Assembly (NCBI GenBank): GCA_034422735.1
Contig: DAOUJL010000039.1
Location: 31,021 to 95,020 of the forward strand
Direction of reading: 5' to 3'
Length of the DNA: 64,000 nucleotides
DNA from: Dehalococcoidia bacterium
GTDB lineage: Bacteria > Chloroflexota > Dehalococcoidia > Lucifugimonadales > CATOSD01
Position numbers and translations under genes: made by a program. How positions within the stretch are numbered: position 1 is the stretch's first letter; each line of letters opens with the position of its first letter. The notes beneath the pieces are model-generated. The model had not been told where the DNA came from. It saw only the letters and a program-made list of their open reading frames with translations, and did no database searches. Shown piece after piece: positions 9,048 to 19,336 of this stretch.

Positions 9048-10790
9048 CTACGCGCCCGCCGGTATGACCGGCAGCAGCACGTGCGACGGCCGCTCGCTGT
9101 CGTGGTAGATGGTCTGGGTGGCTATCTGCGTCTCGCTGTCCTTGCCGAACTCGTTGCCGGTGTTGGGATTGCGGTCGAACTGGGGGAAGTTGCTGCTTGA
9201 TATCTCGACGCCTATGCGGTGTCCCGCCAGGAAGCAGTTGCTGGTGGACCAGAGGTCGATGGTGAACTTGTACACCTGCCCCGGCGTCATCAGCTCGGGC
9301 TTCTCCCACGAGTCGCGGTAGCGCGCGCGTATGATGCCCTGGGCCACGTTGATGGCCTTGCCGCCGGGGTGGACGTCGACGAGCTTGGCGGTGAAGTCGG
9401 TGTCAGGCGCGGTGGACGATGCGTACAGCACCACGGAGACCGGACCTGTCACCTCCACGTCCTCCTCCAGAACATCGGTGGTGTACACCAGCACGTCCGG
9501 GCGCCACTCCGCCTGCTGCTGGTCGCGCGGCCCCATCGACACGGGCGTGACGTCCTCCGAGCAGCAGGTGCTGCCGCCGATGGTCATCACGGGGTGCTGC
9601 GGGTCGTAATCGTAGCTGTCCGTAGGCTCGTCCGCAGGGGCGTCCGTGCTCAGGCTGCCGTCGCCGAACGAGGAGTTGGCGTTGCCGCCGCCGCGCAGGT
9701 AGAAGGGCGTATACTCGGTGCCGGGGATGGGCCAGTCGGCGGCACGGCGCCACTGGTTCCTGCCCATCACGAACACGTTGACCGGCGGCTCGTCGGTTAT
9801 GCCGTTCCCGATCCCCTTCAGCCAGTAGTCGAACCACCTGACGTGCTCCTGCCGCAGGTCGACTTTCACGTCCTCGCCGAAATCGACCTCGCCGGTGACC
9901 CGGTTCGCGCCCTTGTTGCCGCAGTTGTGAATCCAGGGACCGATGGTGATGCGCTGGTTGCCCTTGCCGGGTGCGCGTCCGTGTTCGTTGACGCCCATGA
10001 AGTTGTTGAGCGTGGATTGGAGGAACACGTCGTACCAGCCGCCCAAACCGTATGCGGGCACCGACACGTCGGCGTAGTGCTCCTCGACGGGCCGGAGGTC
10101 GCGCCAGTAGTCGCCGTAGCTGGGGTTCTGGATCCAGTCCTTCCAGAGCTTGGAGTGGCGGCCGGCCTCTTCGTCCATGGTGATGAGCGGCAGGTGCCAG
10201 TGGAGCGTGGTCAGGTGGTTGCTCTCGGGCATCCACAGGTACTGCACCTGGTTGGTGCGCGTGTGCATCTGGATTGCGCCCCAGCGCAGGTTGAAGGCGA
10301 GCTGGAACGCGCCGCCGGTGTACACCCAGTTGTGGTAGAAGTTGGAGTACCCGACCTGGGGCACCATGGCCTTGAGGAACTGGCTGCGCAGCGGGGCGGC
10401 CTGCCACTGCACCATCGCCACGTAGGAGCCGCCTGCGGTGCCGACGTTGCCGTCGCACCAGGACTGCGTGCCTATCCACTCCTGGGTGTCGTAGCCGTCC
10501 TGGGCCTCGTGTACGAACGGGTACCACTCGCCGCCGGAGTCCCAACGGCCGCGCACGTCCTGGGAGACCACGGCGTAGCCGCGCGAGGCGAAGTAGAGGC
10601 AGTCCTGCACCACGCCCTCGGCGTTGTTGTTATAGGGCGTGCGGATGAGGATGGCCGGAAACGGTCCTTCCGCGTCGGGAAGGTAGACGTCGGTGGAGAG
10701 GCACACACCGTCGCGCATGGGCACTTCGAGGGCGTACATCATCCTGACTTCGTAGATCGGCTGTGAGATTTCGACTTTTTCGGCGACCAT
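9048..10790 (-). CDS. CocE/NonD family hydrolase (S15 X-Pro dipeptidyl-peptidase-like)
   Basis: Contains PAILIRTPYNNN..GYAVVSQDVRGRWDSGG..GTAGGSYVAMVQW (GxSY nucleophile elbow) and a C-terminal jelly-roll domain. Start set at MVAEKVEIS, which is preceded by AGGAGG. Confidence 0.8.
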   Translation of the reverse strand: MVAEKVEISQPIYEVRMMYALEVPMRDGVCLSTDVYLPDAEGPFPAILIRTPYNNNAEGVVQDCLYFASRGYAVVSQDVRGRWDSGGEWYPFVHEAQDGYDTQEWIGTQSWCDGNVGTAGGSYVAMVQWQAAPLRSQFLKAMVPQVGYSNFYHNWVYTGGAFQLAFNLRWGAIQMHTRTNQVQYLWMPESNHLTTLHWHLPLITMDEEAGRHSKLWKDWIQNPSYGDYWRDLRPVEEHYADVSVPAYGLGGWYDVFLQSTLNNFMGVNEHGRAPGKGNQRITIGPWIHNCGNKGANRVTGEVDFGEDVKVDLRQEHVRWFDYWLKGIGNGITDEPPVNVFVMGRNQWRRAADWPIPGTEYTPFYLRGGGNANSSFGDGSLSTDAPADEPTDSYDYDPQHPVMTIGGSTCCSEDVTPVSMGPRDQQQAEWRPDVLVYTTDVLEEDVEVTGPVSVVLYASSTAPDTDFTAKLVDVHPGGKAINVAQGIIRARYRDSWEKPELMTPGQVYKFTIDLWSTSNCFLAGHRIGVEISSSNFPQFDRNPNTGNEFGKDSETQIATQTIYHDSERPSHVLLPVIPAGA

Positions 10791-10863
10791 AGCCCGATTT
10801 TCCTCCTGAACTTCCGGGACGGGCGCGGCGCGCCCTAGCGGTGGGTGTAAATGTAACACACGC

Positions 10864-12285
10864 CTAGCTCGGACGCGCGCCCCTGTAAGGCATGCTGTTC
10901 ATGAAAGCTTGGCCGAAGCCGCCATAGGGCTTGATGTCATTGCATATGCGCCCTATCTCGTCGGTCCGCTCGGCTATCTCGGCCGGGTCTTCCACCTCGT
11001 TGCCGTAGAGCAGGTCATAGGCGGCGTCAGCATGGAGAAAGGGCGCTTCGCGGCTTATCACTTCCAGGTATTGGCGATGGGAACGACGCACCGCTTCTTC
11101 GGCGCTGACGGCTGGATACAACGGCACGTCCACGTCTTCAGGAATACGAATCCTGGAGCCGCGCGTGGCGTTCTCGGTGAATGCGAAACAATTGCCGAAG
11201 TTCAGCGTGTACAGAAACTTCTGTATCACCTGCCGTGAGACATTCAGGTTGTTGTCGTCCGCGTGAAACTGCAGGCTCTCGCGTATAGCGTCGAAGTGAA
11301 TGCCGTAGGTGCCGCGCTCCTCGAAGTGCTCCCACACTACGTCGATGAACTCCCGTCGCGTTCCCCACGGCAGCAGGGGGATTCTCCTGTACTGAAGTAT
11401 AGCTCTGTAGCTAGCCGTGATGGCAGCTACAGAGGAATCGAAGTCGTACTTCGGCAAGGCCGCTTGCGGCCTCGCAATTGCCGGGGAGAATGTCTGTGCG
11501 GCGACGCTCAGCGTAAAGTCGGACCCCGGTATTTCCATCACACGCACGTAGCCTTCTTCCTGAGCGCCCATGGCCAGTTCCTTCATGTTTCGCCGATAGC
11601 GCGCCAGGTCGTATGCCGGAGAAAGCTGGCGCATCATCGAGTTCACCGAAGCCCCGGTCGCCACCCTTCCCTCGCGACTCAGCGCCTCGACGGCCCGGCG
11701 CATCAGTGAGTATGCTTCCGACGGGTCCGGCATGGAAATCGACTCTTGAGCCTCTTCGGGATCCTCTTCTGGAGCCGGTGGCACCATGTCGTCGTAGAAC
11801 ACGAACGAATCGCACGCCTCAACCAGTACCTTGCTGACGCCCGCCTCCACTCCCATGCCCAGCACGTACACTCCGTATCTCTTCAGCTTCTGGACCAATG
11901 GAACGTAGTCTCTGTCTCCTCCGGCGATTACAATGGTCTCGGGCCGAACCGGTGAGAACACCATCTCGAGCGCGTCAACGGCGAGTTGAATATCGGCGGT
12001 GTTCTTGTGCTCCTGGCTCACTCCCGTTGTCATAAGCTGAACGGTTTCGATAGCGTTGGCCCTGAAGTCTCCCAGTACTGGTCTCAATAGATTGGCCGTC
12101 CAATCCGCATATGCCCTGGATGACATAACGACGCCATGTTGTCTGGCGCGGTCAATGATCAGCGAGAGATCGAAAGGTAGGCCAGAATTCTGGGCCAATA
12201 TCATGATGTTGTCTACGTCGATAAAGAGAGCCACGCGCCTGATGGCCGCCTGTGTGCCTGACTCCACTGTGCCTGATTCCATCAT
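10864..12285 (-). CDS. NYN (LabA-like) ribonuclease domain plus OST-HTH/LOTUS domain protein
   Basis: VALFIDVDNI..ADIQLAVDALE..IVIAGGDRDYVPLVQKLKRYG is the NYN core, followed by an OST-HTH-like segment (AYSLMRRAVEALSREGRVATGASVNSMMRQL). Confidence 0.75.
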   Translation of the reverse strand: MMESGTVESGTQAAIRRVALFIDVDNIMILAQNSGLPFDLSLIIDRARQHGVVMSSRAYADWTANLLRPVLGDFRANAIETVQLMTTGVSQEHKNTADIQLAVDALEMVFSPVRPETIVIAGGDRDYVPLVQKLKRYGVYVLGMGVEAGVSKVLVEACDSFVFYDDMVPPAPEEDPEEAQESISMPDPSEAYSLMRRAVEALSREGRVATGASVNSMMRQLSPAYDLARYRRNMKELAMGAQEEGYVRVMEIPGSDFTLSVAAQTFSPAIARPQAALPKYDFDSSVAAITASYRAILQYRRIPLLPWGTRREFIDVVWEHFEERGTYGIHFDAIRESLQFHADDNNLNVSRQVIQKFLYTLNFGNCFAFTENATRGSRIRIPEDVDVPLYPAVSAEEAVRRSHRQYLEVISREAPFLHADAAYDLLYGNEVEDPAEIAERTDEIGRICNDIKPYGGFGQAFMNSMPYRGARPS

Positions 12286-12400
12286 GGGGGCATCACCTCC
12301 TGATTCCAGGGTCGAACTAAGCTCCGCGAGTGTGGGAGCCGCGGCTCCATTGTATCAAGCGCAGGCTATCGGCGTAGCGGCCCGCAAGCTCGTTTTAGTC

Positions 12401-12428
12401 TTGACACTTCCGCGTTACGTGTGATAAT
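12401..12428 (+). promoter_or_regulatory. Sigma70-like promoter (TTGACA-16-GATAAT, TGn-extended) for the ACIII operon
   Basis: TTGACA at 12401..12406, a 16-nt spacer ending in TGt, and GATAAT at 12423..12428. Lies 57 nt upstream of the first + strand ORF. Confidence 0.45.
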
Positions 12429-12484
12429 TTTCACGCGGCGGCTGGAAGGGCCGGATTCCAACTTTGGGTTAGGAACTGTACTAA

Positions 12485-12775
12485 ATGGATCCAGCGGTGT
12501 TGGGGCCTTCCGAGTGGAGCGAGATAAGCAAACTGCTTATCAACCTCTGGTTCGTGGTGCTGTTCGTGGTGATATTCGCCACCAACATGCTGTTGGGCCA
12601 CAACTTCATACCTTCCCTGGTGGCCTCCGGCGACGTTCCCGCAAGCCTTCAAAAGGTCCGGCCGCTCTTCTACGCGATAGCGATAGCGTCCTTTGGCGCC
12701 GCCATCTACTTCCTCGTGCAGGTCATAGACTACGCCGGCGTGCTCGAGCGCGTCTTCGACTCCTACTGGATCTAG
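12485..12775 (+). CDS. Small integral membrane protein, first gene of the ACIII transcription unit
   Basis: 96 aa with three hydrophobic segments (LLINLWFVVLFVVIFATNMLL, FIPSLV.., LFYAIAIASFGAAIYFLVQVI). No family recognised. Confidence 0.5.
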   Translation: MDPAVLGPSEWSEISKLLINLWFVVLFVVIFATNMLLGHNFIPSLVASGDVPASLQKVRPLFYAIAIASFGAAIYFLVQVIDYAGVLERVFDSYWI

Positions 12776-12814
12776 CGGGTTGCGCATGGCCGAAACAAGT
12801 GAGGTTGACCCGAT

Positions 12815-13420
12815 TTGATTCCGGGTGACTTTCAAATCAACAAGCCCCCTCTCAAGAAGCTGCTGGGGTTTGGGCTGCTTGGCCTCGTGGGCCTGGGTGG
12901 GCTGGTCGTAGCCGTGCTGGTCGGGATATTCGTTATCTCGGCCTGGTTCGGCAGGCCGGTGATCTTCGGCTACGACGAGGGCCCCGACCAGCCGATCGCC
13001 TTCCCGCACACCACGCACGTGCAGGACCTGGGCATGGACTGCACGTTCTGCCACCGCAACGCCACCAAGGACGCGGCGGCCACCGTGCCCGCGACCGGCC
13101 TTTGCCTCACCTGCCACATGACCGTGGGCGACGGGCTGGCGGAGGTGGAGAAGCTCAGGGACTACGGGGAGCGCGGCGAGCCGATAAACTGGGTGCGCGT
13201 GCACAGGCTGCCCGACCACGTGCAGTTCGTACACGAAGCGCACATCAGGTTCTTCACCGAACGCGATAACATATCGGCTTCCGAGGTCTGCTCCACCTGC
13301 CACGGCGACGTGGGCAACATGGAGAAGGTGAGGCAGGTGCGTTCGCTGAAGATGAGCGACTGCGTGGACTGCCACCGCGAGTACGAGGCCCCAACCGACT
13401 GCACCACGTGCCACTACTAG
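12815..13420 (+). CDS. actA: Alternative Complex III subunit ActA, pentahaem cytochrome c
   Basis: N-terminal TM helix plus five CxxCH motifs (CTFCH, CLTCH, CSTCH, CVDCH, CTTCH). TTG start. Confidence 0.85.
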   Translation: MIPGDFQINKPPLKKLLGFGLLGLVGLGGLVVAVLVGIFVISAWFGRPVIFGYDEGPDQPIAFPHTTHVQDLGMDCTFCHRNATKDAAATVPATGLCLTCHMTVGDGLAEVEKLRDYGERGEPINWVRVHRLPDHVQFVHEAHIRFFTERDNISASEVCSTCHGDVGNMEKVRQVRSLKMSDCVDCHREYEAPTDCTTCHY

Positions 13421-13435
13421 AGGCTGACTAAAAGC

Positions 13436-15700
13436 ATGGCGCTAACAAGACGACAATTCCTGACGCTCGCCGGCAGCTCCGCAACCGGGGCGATTATCTT
13501 CGCGGCCTGCGGCGTCCCCGAGGAAGAGCAGTACGTACAGGGCCCGCTGCAGATGCCGGAAGACATGGTGTCGGGCCTGTCCAACTGGTACGCCACGCTC
13601 TGCCGAAGCTGCGCCACCAGCGAGGGGCTGGTGGTGCGCGTGATGGAGGGCCGCGCCAAGAAGATCGAGGGCAACGTCGACTACCCCATCAACCGCGGCA
13701 AGCACAGCGCACGTTGCGAGGCGGGCCTGCAGGCGCTCTACCACCCCGACCGCATTCGCGGACCGCTGGTGCGCACCGGAGAGCGCGGCACGGGCCAGTA
13801 CGAGGAGATTAGCTGGACCGACGCCATAGGCCGCCTGACCTACCAGCTTGAACAGCTGCGCGACGTTCGCAACCAGAGTGCCGCCGTACTCATAACCGAG
13901 CCGACGGGCGCGCACATGGGCACCGTGGTCGAACGCTTCGTGGCGCGCTACCGGAGCCGCCACATGACCTACGAGGCGCTCGAGCAGACCAACCTTCGCA
14001 GGGCCATCAAGCAGGTGTTCAACGAGGACCGCCTGCCAGACTTCGACATCGACAACGCGGGCTACGTGCTGTCGTTCGGCTCCGACTTCCTCAACACGTG
14101 GGTATCGCCCGTGCGCTACGGACGGGGCTATGGCAACTTCCGGCAGGGCGACCGCGAGCGCGGCACGCTGGTGCAGGTGGAGTCGCGCTTTTCGATGACC
14201 GCGGCCAACGCCGACGAGTGGCTGTACGTGCGGCCCGGCCAGGAGGGCCTGCTGGCCCTGAGCATGGCGCACGTGATCGTCGCGGACGGCCTGGCGCGGC
14301 CGGGTTCCGTGGAGGAGCTGACGGGAGGAGACCCGTCGATACTGGACCAGTACGCGCCGGAGCTAGTAGAGGCGAGAACCGGCGCGCCCGCCGTGAAGGT
14401 GCGCAGAATCGCCCACGACTTCGCGGCCGCCGGCAACGGGCTGGCCATCGGCGGAGGCAGCGCCGGGGCGCACTCCAACGGCCTGTCCAATCTCACGGCC
14501 ATCTACTCGCTCAACCACTTGGTGGGCGCCTTTGGCCGCGACGGGGGCGTGATACCCAATCCGGGGCCGCCCGTCCGGGGACTGGCGGGGCCGCCGGAGG
14601 CCGCGACCTACGACGAGTGGCAAGAGCTGATAGCGGAGATGAAGCAGGGCGACGTGCAGGTGCTGATGGTTCGGGGCGCCAACCCGATGTACGGCCTGCC
14701 CAACGCATCCGGCTTCAGGGACGCCAGCTACGACGTCCCGTTCATCTTCAGCTTCTCGGGCTTCATGGACGACACCACCGCGATGTCCGACCTGATTCTG
14801 CCCGAGCACAACTACCTGGAGGACTGGGGCAGCGACATCCCCATGGCGGGACCGGGCCACCAGGTGGTGGGCTTCCAGCAGCCGGTGGTGCGCCCGTTCT
14901 TCGAAGGGCGCGGCGAGCATCTGGGGACGCGCAACTTCGGCGACATCCTGATGACGATAGCGCAGGGTCTGGAGCTCGACCTGGAGCTAGAGGCGGACAC
15001 GTTCAAGGACTTCCTTCAGGACGGCGCCCGGCAGTTGTTCGTTCTCAACCGCGGATCGGTCCAGGCGGGCGCGTTCCAGGAGTTCTGGCACGGCGTGCTG
15101 CAGCGCGGCGGCTGGTGGGACGTGAACGCGAAGGCCATGCCCGCGCTTGCGGAGCTTTCCCCTCTACCGGAGCCGCAGGAACCGGAATTCGACACCGACG
15201 ACCGCTTCAGGTTCAACCTGATACCGTTCGCCTCCACGTCGCTCGGCGAGGGGCCGGGCGCGTACCTGCCCTGGCTGCAGGCTACGCCGGACCCGGTCAC
15301 GACGGCAACGTGGCAGACGTGGGTGGAGATTAACCTGGAAGTGGCGAAGGACATGGAAATATCCGAGGGCGACGTCGTGCGGGTCACTTCCGCCAACGGC
15401 TCGCTCGAAGCGCTGGCCTACCCGCACCCGGGCGTTTCGCCCGACGTGGTGTCGATACCGATAGGCCAGGGCCACACCGGGGGCGGGCGCTACGCCGATG
15501 GACGCGGCGCGAACGTGCTCTCGATAATCTCGCCGTCGGTGAAGGACAGCGAGACGGGCGCGCTCGCCTGGGCCGCGACCCGCGTGAACATAGAAAAGAC
15601 GGGCGAATGGATCAGGCTTCCCAAGTTCGAGAACACCGTGCCCTACAGGCCGGCGGACGAGCACCGGGAGGTTATCCAGTTGACCCGGTTCGACAGCTAG
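13436..15700 (+). CDS. actB: ACIII subunit ActB1, molybdopterin-oxidoreductase-like domain with a Tat signal
   Basis: MALTRRQFLTLAGSSATGAIIFAAC is a twin-arginine signal. 754 aa of MopB-superfamily-like sequence. It is a separate gene from the FeS domain. Confidence 0.85.
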   Translation: MALTRRQFLTLAGSSATGAIIFAACGVPEEEQYVQGPLQMPEDMVSGLSNWYATLCRSCATSEGLVVRVMEGRAKKIEGNVDYPINRGKHSARCEAGLQALYHPDRIRGPLVRTGERGTGQYEEISWTDAIGRLTYQLEQLRDVRNQSAAVLITEPTGAHMGTVVERFVARYRSRHMTYEALEQTNLRRAIKQVFNEDRLPDFDIDNAGYVLSFGSDFLNTWVSPVRYGRGYGNFRQGDRERGTLVQVESRFSMTAANADEWLYVRPGQEGLLALSMAHVIVADGLARPGSVEELTGGDPSILDQYAPELVEARTGAPAVKVRRIAHDFAAAGNGLAIGGGSAGAHSNGLSNLTAIYSLNHLVGAFGRDGGVIPNPGPPVRGLAGPPEAATYDEWQELIAEMKQGDVQVLMVRGANPMYGLPNASGFRDASYDVPFIFSFSGFMDDTTAMSDLILPEHNYLEDWGSDIPMAGPGHQVVGFQQPVVRPFFEGRGEHLGTRNFGDILMTIAQGLELDLELEADTFKDFLQDGARQLFVLNRGSVQAGAFQEFWHGVLQRGGWWDVNAKAMPALAELSPLPEPQEPEFDTDDRFRFNLIPFASTSLGEGPGAYLPWLQATPDPVTTATWQTWVEINLEVAKDMEISEGDVVRVTSANGSLEALAYPHPGVSPDVVSIPIGQGHTGGGRYADGRGANVLSIISPSVKDSETGALAWAATRVNIEKTGEWIRLPKFENTVPYRPADEHREVIQLTRFDS

Positions 15701-15728
15701 GGGACAAGCAGAGAGAAGGGATAGGCAT

Positions 15729-16466
15729 ATGGTGACTCCAAGCTGGGGAATGGTAATAGACGTGGACAAGTGCACCGGGTGCCAGGCCTGCGTCGTGGCG
15801 TGCCAGTCCGAAAACAACATCCCCATAAACGAGGAGGGCCACTTCAACCAGAGGCGCGCGATAGAGTGGATTCGCATCGAGCGCTACTGGGAGGGCGAGT
15901 TCCCGGACGTCAAGGCCAGGTTCATCCCTGTGCTCTGCCAACACTGCGGCGACGCTCCCTGCGAGCCGGTCTGCCCGGTGTACGCCACCTACCAGAACCC
16001 GGAGGGGCTCAACGTGCAGGTTTACAACCGCTGCGTGGGCACCCGCTTCTGCTCGAACAACTGCCCATACCACGCCCGCTTCTTCAACTTCTGGGAGCCA
16101 GCCTGGCCCGACACGCTCAAGAACCAGCTCAACCCGGACGTGACGGTGCGCAGCCGGGGCATCATGGAGAAGTGCACCTTCTGCATTCAGCGCATACAGC
16201 GCTCCAAGCGCGAGTCCGCGCGGGACGGCGAGGAGCTCGACGACGGCTCCCGGGGACTGAACCCCGCCTGCGTCAACGCCTGCCCCACCGACACGCTGTT
16301 CTTCGGGGACTTCAACGACCCCGACAGCAAGGTGTCGCAGATGCGCGACAAGGAGATGGGCGAGGAGGGCCGCGGCTACCACATGCTGGAGAAGCTCGGC
16401 ACGCATCCGAGCGTGATCTATCTGAAGAAGGTCGACAAGCAAGCCGAGGAAGTCGCGCATGGCTAA
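15729..16466 (+). CDS. actB: ACIII subunit ActB2, 4Fe-4S ferredoxin-type iron-sulfur protein
   Basis: Cys clusters CTGCQACVVAC, CQHCGDAPCEPVCP, CVGTRFCSNNCP and CTFCIQR..CVNACP (PsrB/NrfC-like). Confidence 0.85.
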   Translation: MVTPSWGMVIDVDKCTGCQACVVACQSENNIPINEEGHFNQRRAIEWIRIERYWEGEFPDVKARFIPVLCQHCGDAPCEPVCPVYATYQNPEGLNVQVYNRCVGTRFCSNNCPYHARFFNFWEPAWPDTLKNQLNPDVTVRSRGIMEKCTFCIQRIQRSKRESARDGEELDDGSRGLNPACVNACPTDTLFFGDFNDPDSKVSQMRDKEMGEEGRGYHMLEKLGTHPSVIYLKKVDKQAEEVAHG

Positions 16467-17880
16467 CGCCAACGGCAACGGGCCGCACGGCGGCCACGGA
16501 ACGCCCGGTACGGCCGCGGAGGTTTCCGCCGACCTGCTGACACGGCACGCGCGCACCAGCGACACGTTCTGGCGTGTGGCGGCGGTGCTCGCGATCCTGT
16601 TCGTGCTCGGCATCATCGGATTCGTGATGCGGCTGATGGACGGCTTCAGCGACAAGGCGGTGTGGGGCTACTACGCCGCGATGTTCGCCTTCCTGCTCAC
16701 CACCGCGCAGGCGGCGCCCATGGCCGCCATCGCGCCGCGCATCGCCAAGGCGCACTGGCGGCGGCCGTTCTCGCGCGCCGCCGAGCTTTGGTCGCTGGTA
16801 GGGCTGTTCAACCTGCTGCTGTTCATCCCCATGCTGTGGCTGCTGCCCAGCCTGGAGGACGGACGGCGCACGCTGTGGTTCTTCCACCCCGGCGAAGTGC
16901 CCGCCTACTCGCCGCACATCTGGGCGACGCTGGCCCTGCTGGGCCTGGTGGCCATCGGCGTGGCGCTGGTGTGGGTGTCGGCGCTGCCGGACCTGGCGCT
17001 GGTCCGCGACAAGGGCAGCGGCTGGCGGCAGCGGCTGGCGCGCAGGCTTTCGGGCAGGTGGATCGGCACGTCGGAGCAGTGGAACATCCAGTACCACCGC
17101 ATGGGCATACTGGGCGCGTTCTACTTCATGATGCTCGTGTTCGTGCACTTCCTGATAACGGTCGACTTCGCGATGGCGCTCATCCCCGGCTGGATCGACG
17201 CGCTGTATCCCGCAACGCACGCGGCGAACGCGCTGCAGGCGGGGGCGGCGACGATGGTGCTGACGATGTTCGCGCTGCGCCAGTGGGGCGGCTACAAGGA
17301 GTACTTCACGCTGGACCAGTTCTGGGGCCTGGGCAAGCTCATGTTCGCCCTCTCTCTGCTGTGGTTCTGGTTCTGGTTCTCGAGCTTCATCATCCTGTGG
17401 TACGGCAAGAAGCCGAGCGAGCAGGCGGTGCTGGAGCTCATCATGGTCGGCCCGTACCTGCCCGCCTTCTACGCGGCGTTCATCATGAGCTTCCTCGTTC
17501 CGCTGTTCACGATGATCTGGAACCCGCTGCGCAAGAGCATCTGGGGTCCAACGATAATCGCGGTGTCGGTGCTTATCGGCGCGTTCTTCGACCGGCTGCG
17601 CGTGTTCGTCGCCGCCTACACGGTGCCGGGCATCGGGGACTCGCACGTCGACAAGCACGAGATGAAGCTGGACATGGTGAAGGCGCTGCCGGCCAACATA
17701 CCGGACGCGGCGGACATATTCATCATCTTGGGCACTATCGCGGGCTCGCTGCTGGTCTTCATGCTCGCGACCAGGGTGTTCCCCGTGGTGAACATCTGGG
17801 AGCAGCGCGAGTTGTTGCTGTACAGGTTCCACAAGCCGTTCTTCCGGACGGAAGTCCAGATATTGGGCAAGCGCGACTGA
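16459..17880 (+). CDS. NrfD/PsrC-like polytopic membrane subunit of ACIII (ActF-like)
   Basis: 473 aa with about 10 TM segments. Overlaps the actB2 stop by 8 nt. More divergent than the next gene from the ActC pattern I recall. Confidence 0.7.
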   Translation: MANANGNGPHGGHGTPGTAAEVSADLLTRHARTSDTFWRVAAVLAILFVLGIIGFVMRLMDGFSDKAVWGYYAAMFAFLLTTAQAAPMAAIAPRIAKAHWRRPFSRAAELWSLVGLFNLLLFIPMLWLLPSLEDGRRTLWFFHPGEVPAYSPHIWATLALLGLVAIGVALVWVSALPDLALVRDKGSGWRQRLARRLSGRWIGTSEQWNIQYHRMGILGAFYFMMLVFVHFLITVDFAMALIPGWIDALYPATHAANALQAGAATMVLTMFALRQWGGYKEYFTLDQFWGLGKLMFALSLLWFWFWFSSFIILWYGKKPSEQAVLELIMVGPYLPAFYAAFIMSFLVPLFTMIWNPLRKSIWGPTIIAVSVLIGAFFDRLRVFVAAYTVPGIGDSHVDKHEMKLDMVKALPANIPDAADIFIILGTIAGSLLVFMLATRVFPVVNIWEQRELLLYRFHKPFFRTEVQILGKRD

Positions 17881-17949
17881 GGCTAACCCGCCCTCACCGC
17901 CGCAACAGGCGCGGGAGGGCGAAACCGGGGGGAGGTCCCCAGAGAAGCG

Positions 17950-19329
17950 ATGCAGGAACACGTTCAACTAACGCAGAAGCAAATCAACAGAGATCTGCTC
18001 GACTCCGTTCTGAAGACACCCAACTGGTGGCTTCCGTCGGTGCTGTTTCTGCTGCTCGTCTTCCTGACCGCCGCGGGCGCGTTCGGCTACATGCTGAACA
18101 AGGGCGTCGGCGTAACCGGCCTCAACCGTCCCATCATGTGGGGCTTCTTCATGACCAACTTCGTGTTCTGGATCGGCATCAGCCACGCCGGAATCATGAT
18201 TTCGGCCATACTGAGGCTGACGCAGGCGGAGTGGCGCAGGCCGATCACGCGGGCCGCCGAGGTGATGACGGTCTTTTCGCTGACAGCCGCGCTCATGGCG
18301 GCGCCGCTCGTACACGTGGGCCGGCCCTGGCGCGCCGCGCTGTGGGTGTTCCCTTACGACTTCGCGCGTGGGGTCTGGATAAACATCCGCTCGCCGTTCA
18401 TCTGGGACCCGAGCGCGGTTATGACCTACCTGACCGCGAGCACGTTGTTCGTGTTCATATGCCTGTTGCCCGACCTCGCCATAGTGAGGGACCGGGCCAT
18501 CAACCCGTTGGTGAAGCGCATCTACTCGGTCCTGTGCCTGGGCTGGCGCGGGACGCCGCGCCAGTGGAAGCTCCAGACGGTGGCGGGCATACTGCTGTCG
18601 GCGCTGGTGCTGCCGGTGTTCGTCTCGGTGCACAGCATAGTCTCGTGGGACTTCGCGGTGCAGATAGGCGTAGAGGGTTGGCACTCCACCATCTTCGCGC
18701 CCTACTTCATCATCGGCGCGATCCACTCCGGCGTCTCCGCCGTGGCGATGCTCATGGCCCTGATGGTGTGGCTGTACAAGGCAGGCAATTACATACGCCC
18801 CGACCACTTCGACTCGATAGGTCGACTGTTGATCATCGTCGCCACCACCTGGTTCTTCTTCTTCTTCCTGGAGTGGATTTTCGCGCTCTACACGCTGGAG
18901 GGCCCGGAGATAGTGCTGCGCGACCTACAGGTGTTCCAGGCGCCCTACTGGTGGCTGTTCATGCTGTTCCTGGTGACGGCCTACTTCATACCCGTGCCGA
19001 TGTGGTTGTTCAAGGCGGTGCGCCGCAGCCCATTCTGGATGTTCGTGACCACGGTGTTGGTCAACATAGGAATGTGGTTGGAGCGCTTCTTGATAATCAT
19101 ACCCGGCATCGCCCGCAAGACTCCGATGGAGTTCAACTGGGGCAGCTATCATCCCAGCCTGGTGGAGATACTGATGGTGGCGGGCACGTTTGCGTGGGTA
19201 GCGCTGGGAATGCTCGTGTTCGCCAAGGTGTTCCCGCTCATACCGCTGTTCGACATCAAAGAGGGCATGGTGTTCAGAGACGAAATCAAGATTGGCAGGC
19301 GCACGGTCGCCGCCAGCATCCGAGAGTGA
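17950..19329 (+). CDS. actC: NrfD/PsrC-like quinol-interacting membrane subunit of ACIII (ActC-like)
   Basis: GLNRPIMWGFFMTNFVFWIGISHAGIMISAILRLTQAEWRRPITRAAEVMT matches the conserved ActC N-terminal region as I remember it. Confidence 0.75.
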   Translation: MQEHVQLTQKQINRDLLDSVLKTPNWWLPSVLFLLLVFLTAAGAFGYMLNKGVGVTGLNRPIMWGFFMTNFVFWIGISHAGIMISAILRLTQAEWRRPITRAAEVMTVFSLTAALMAAPLVHVGRPWRAALWVFPYDFARGVWINIRSPFIWDPSAVMTYLTASTLFVFICLLPDLAIVRDRAINPLVKRIYSVLCLGWRGTPRQWKLQTVAGILLSALVLPVFVSVHSIVSWDFAVQIGVEGWHSTIFAPYFIIGAIHSGVSAVAMLMALMVWLYKAGNYIRPDHFDSIGRLLIIVATTWFFFFFLEWIFALYTLEGPEIVLRDLQVFQAPYWWLFMLFLVTAYFIPVPMWLFKAVRRSPFWMFVTTVLVNIGMWLERFLIIIPGIARKTPMEFNWGSYHPSLVEILMVAGTFAWVALGMLVFAKVFPLIPLFDIKEGMVFRDEIKIGRRTVAASIRE

Positions 19330-19336
19330 GGCCCCC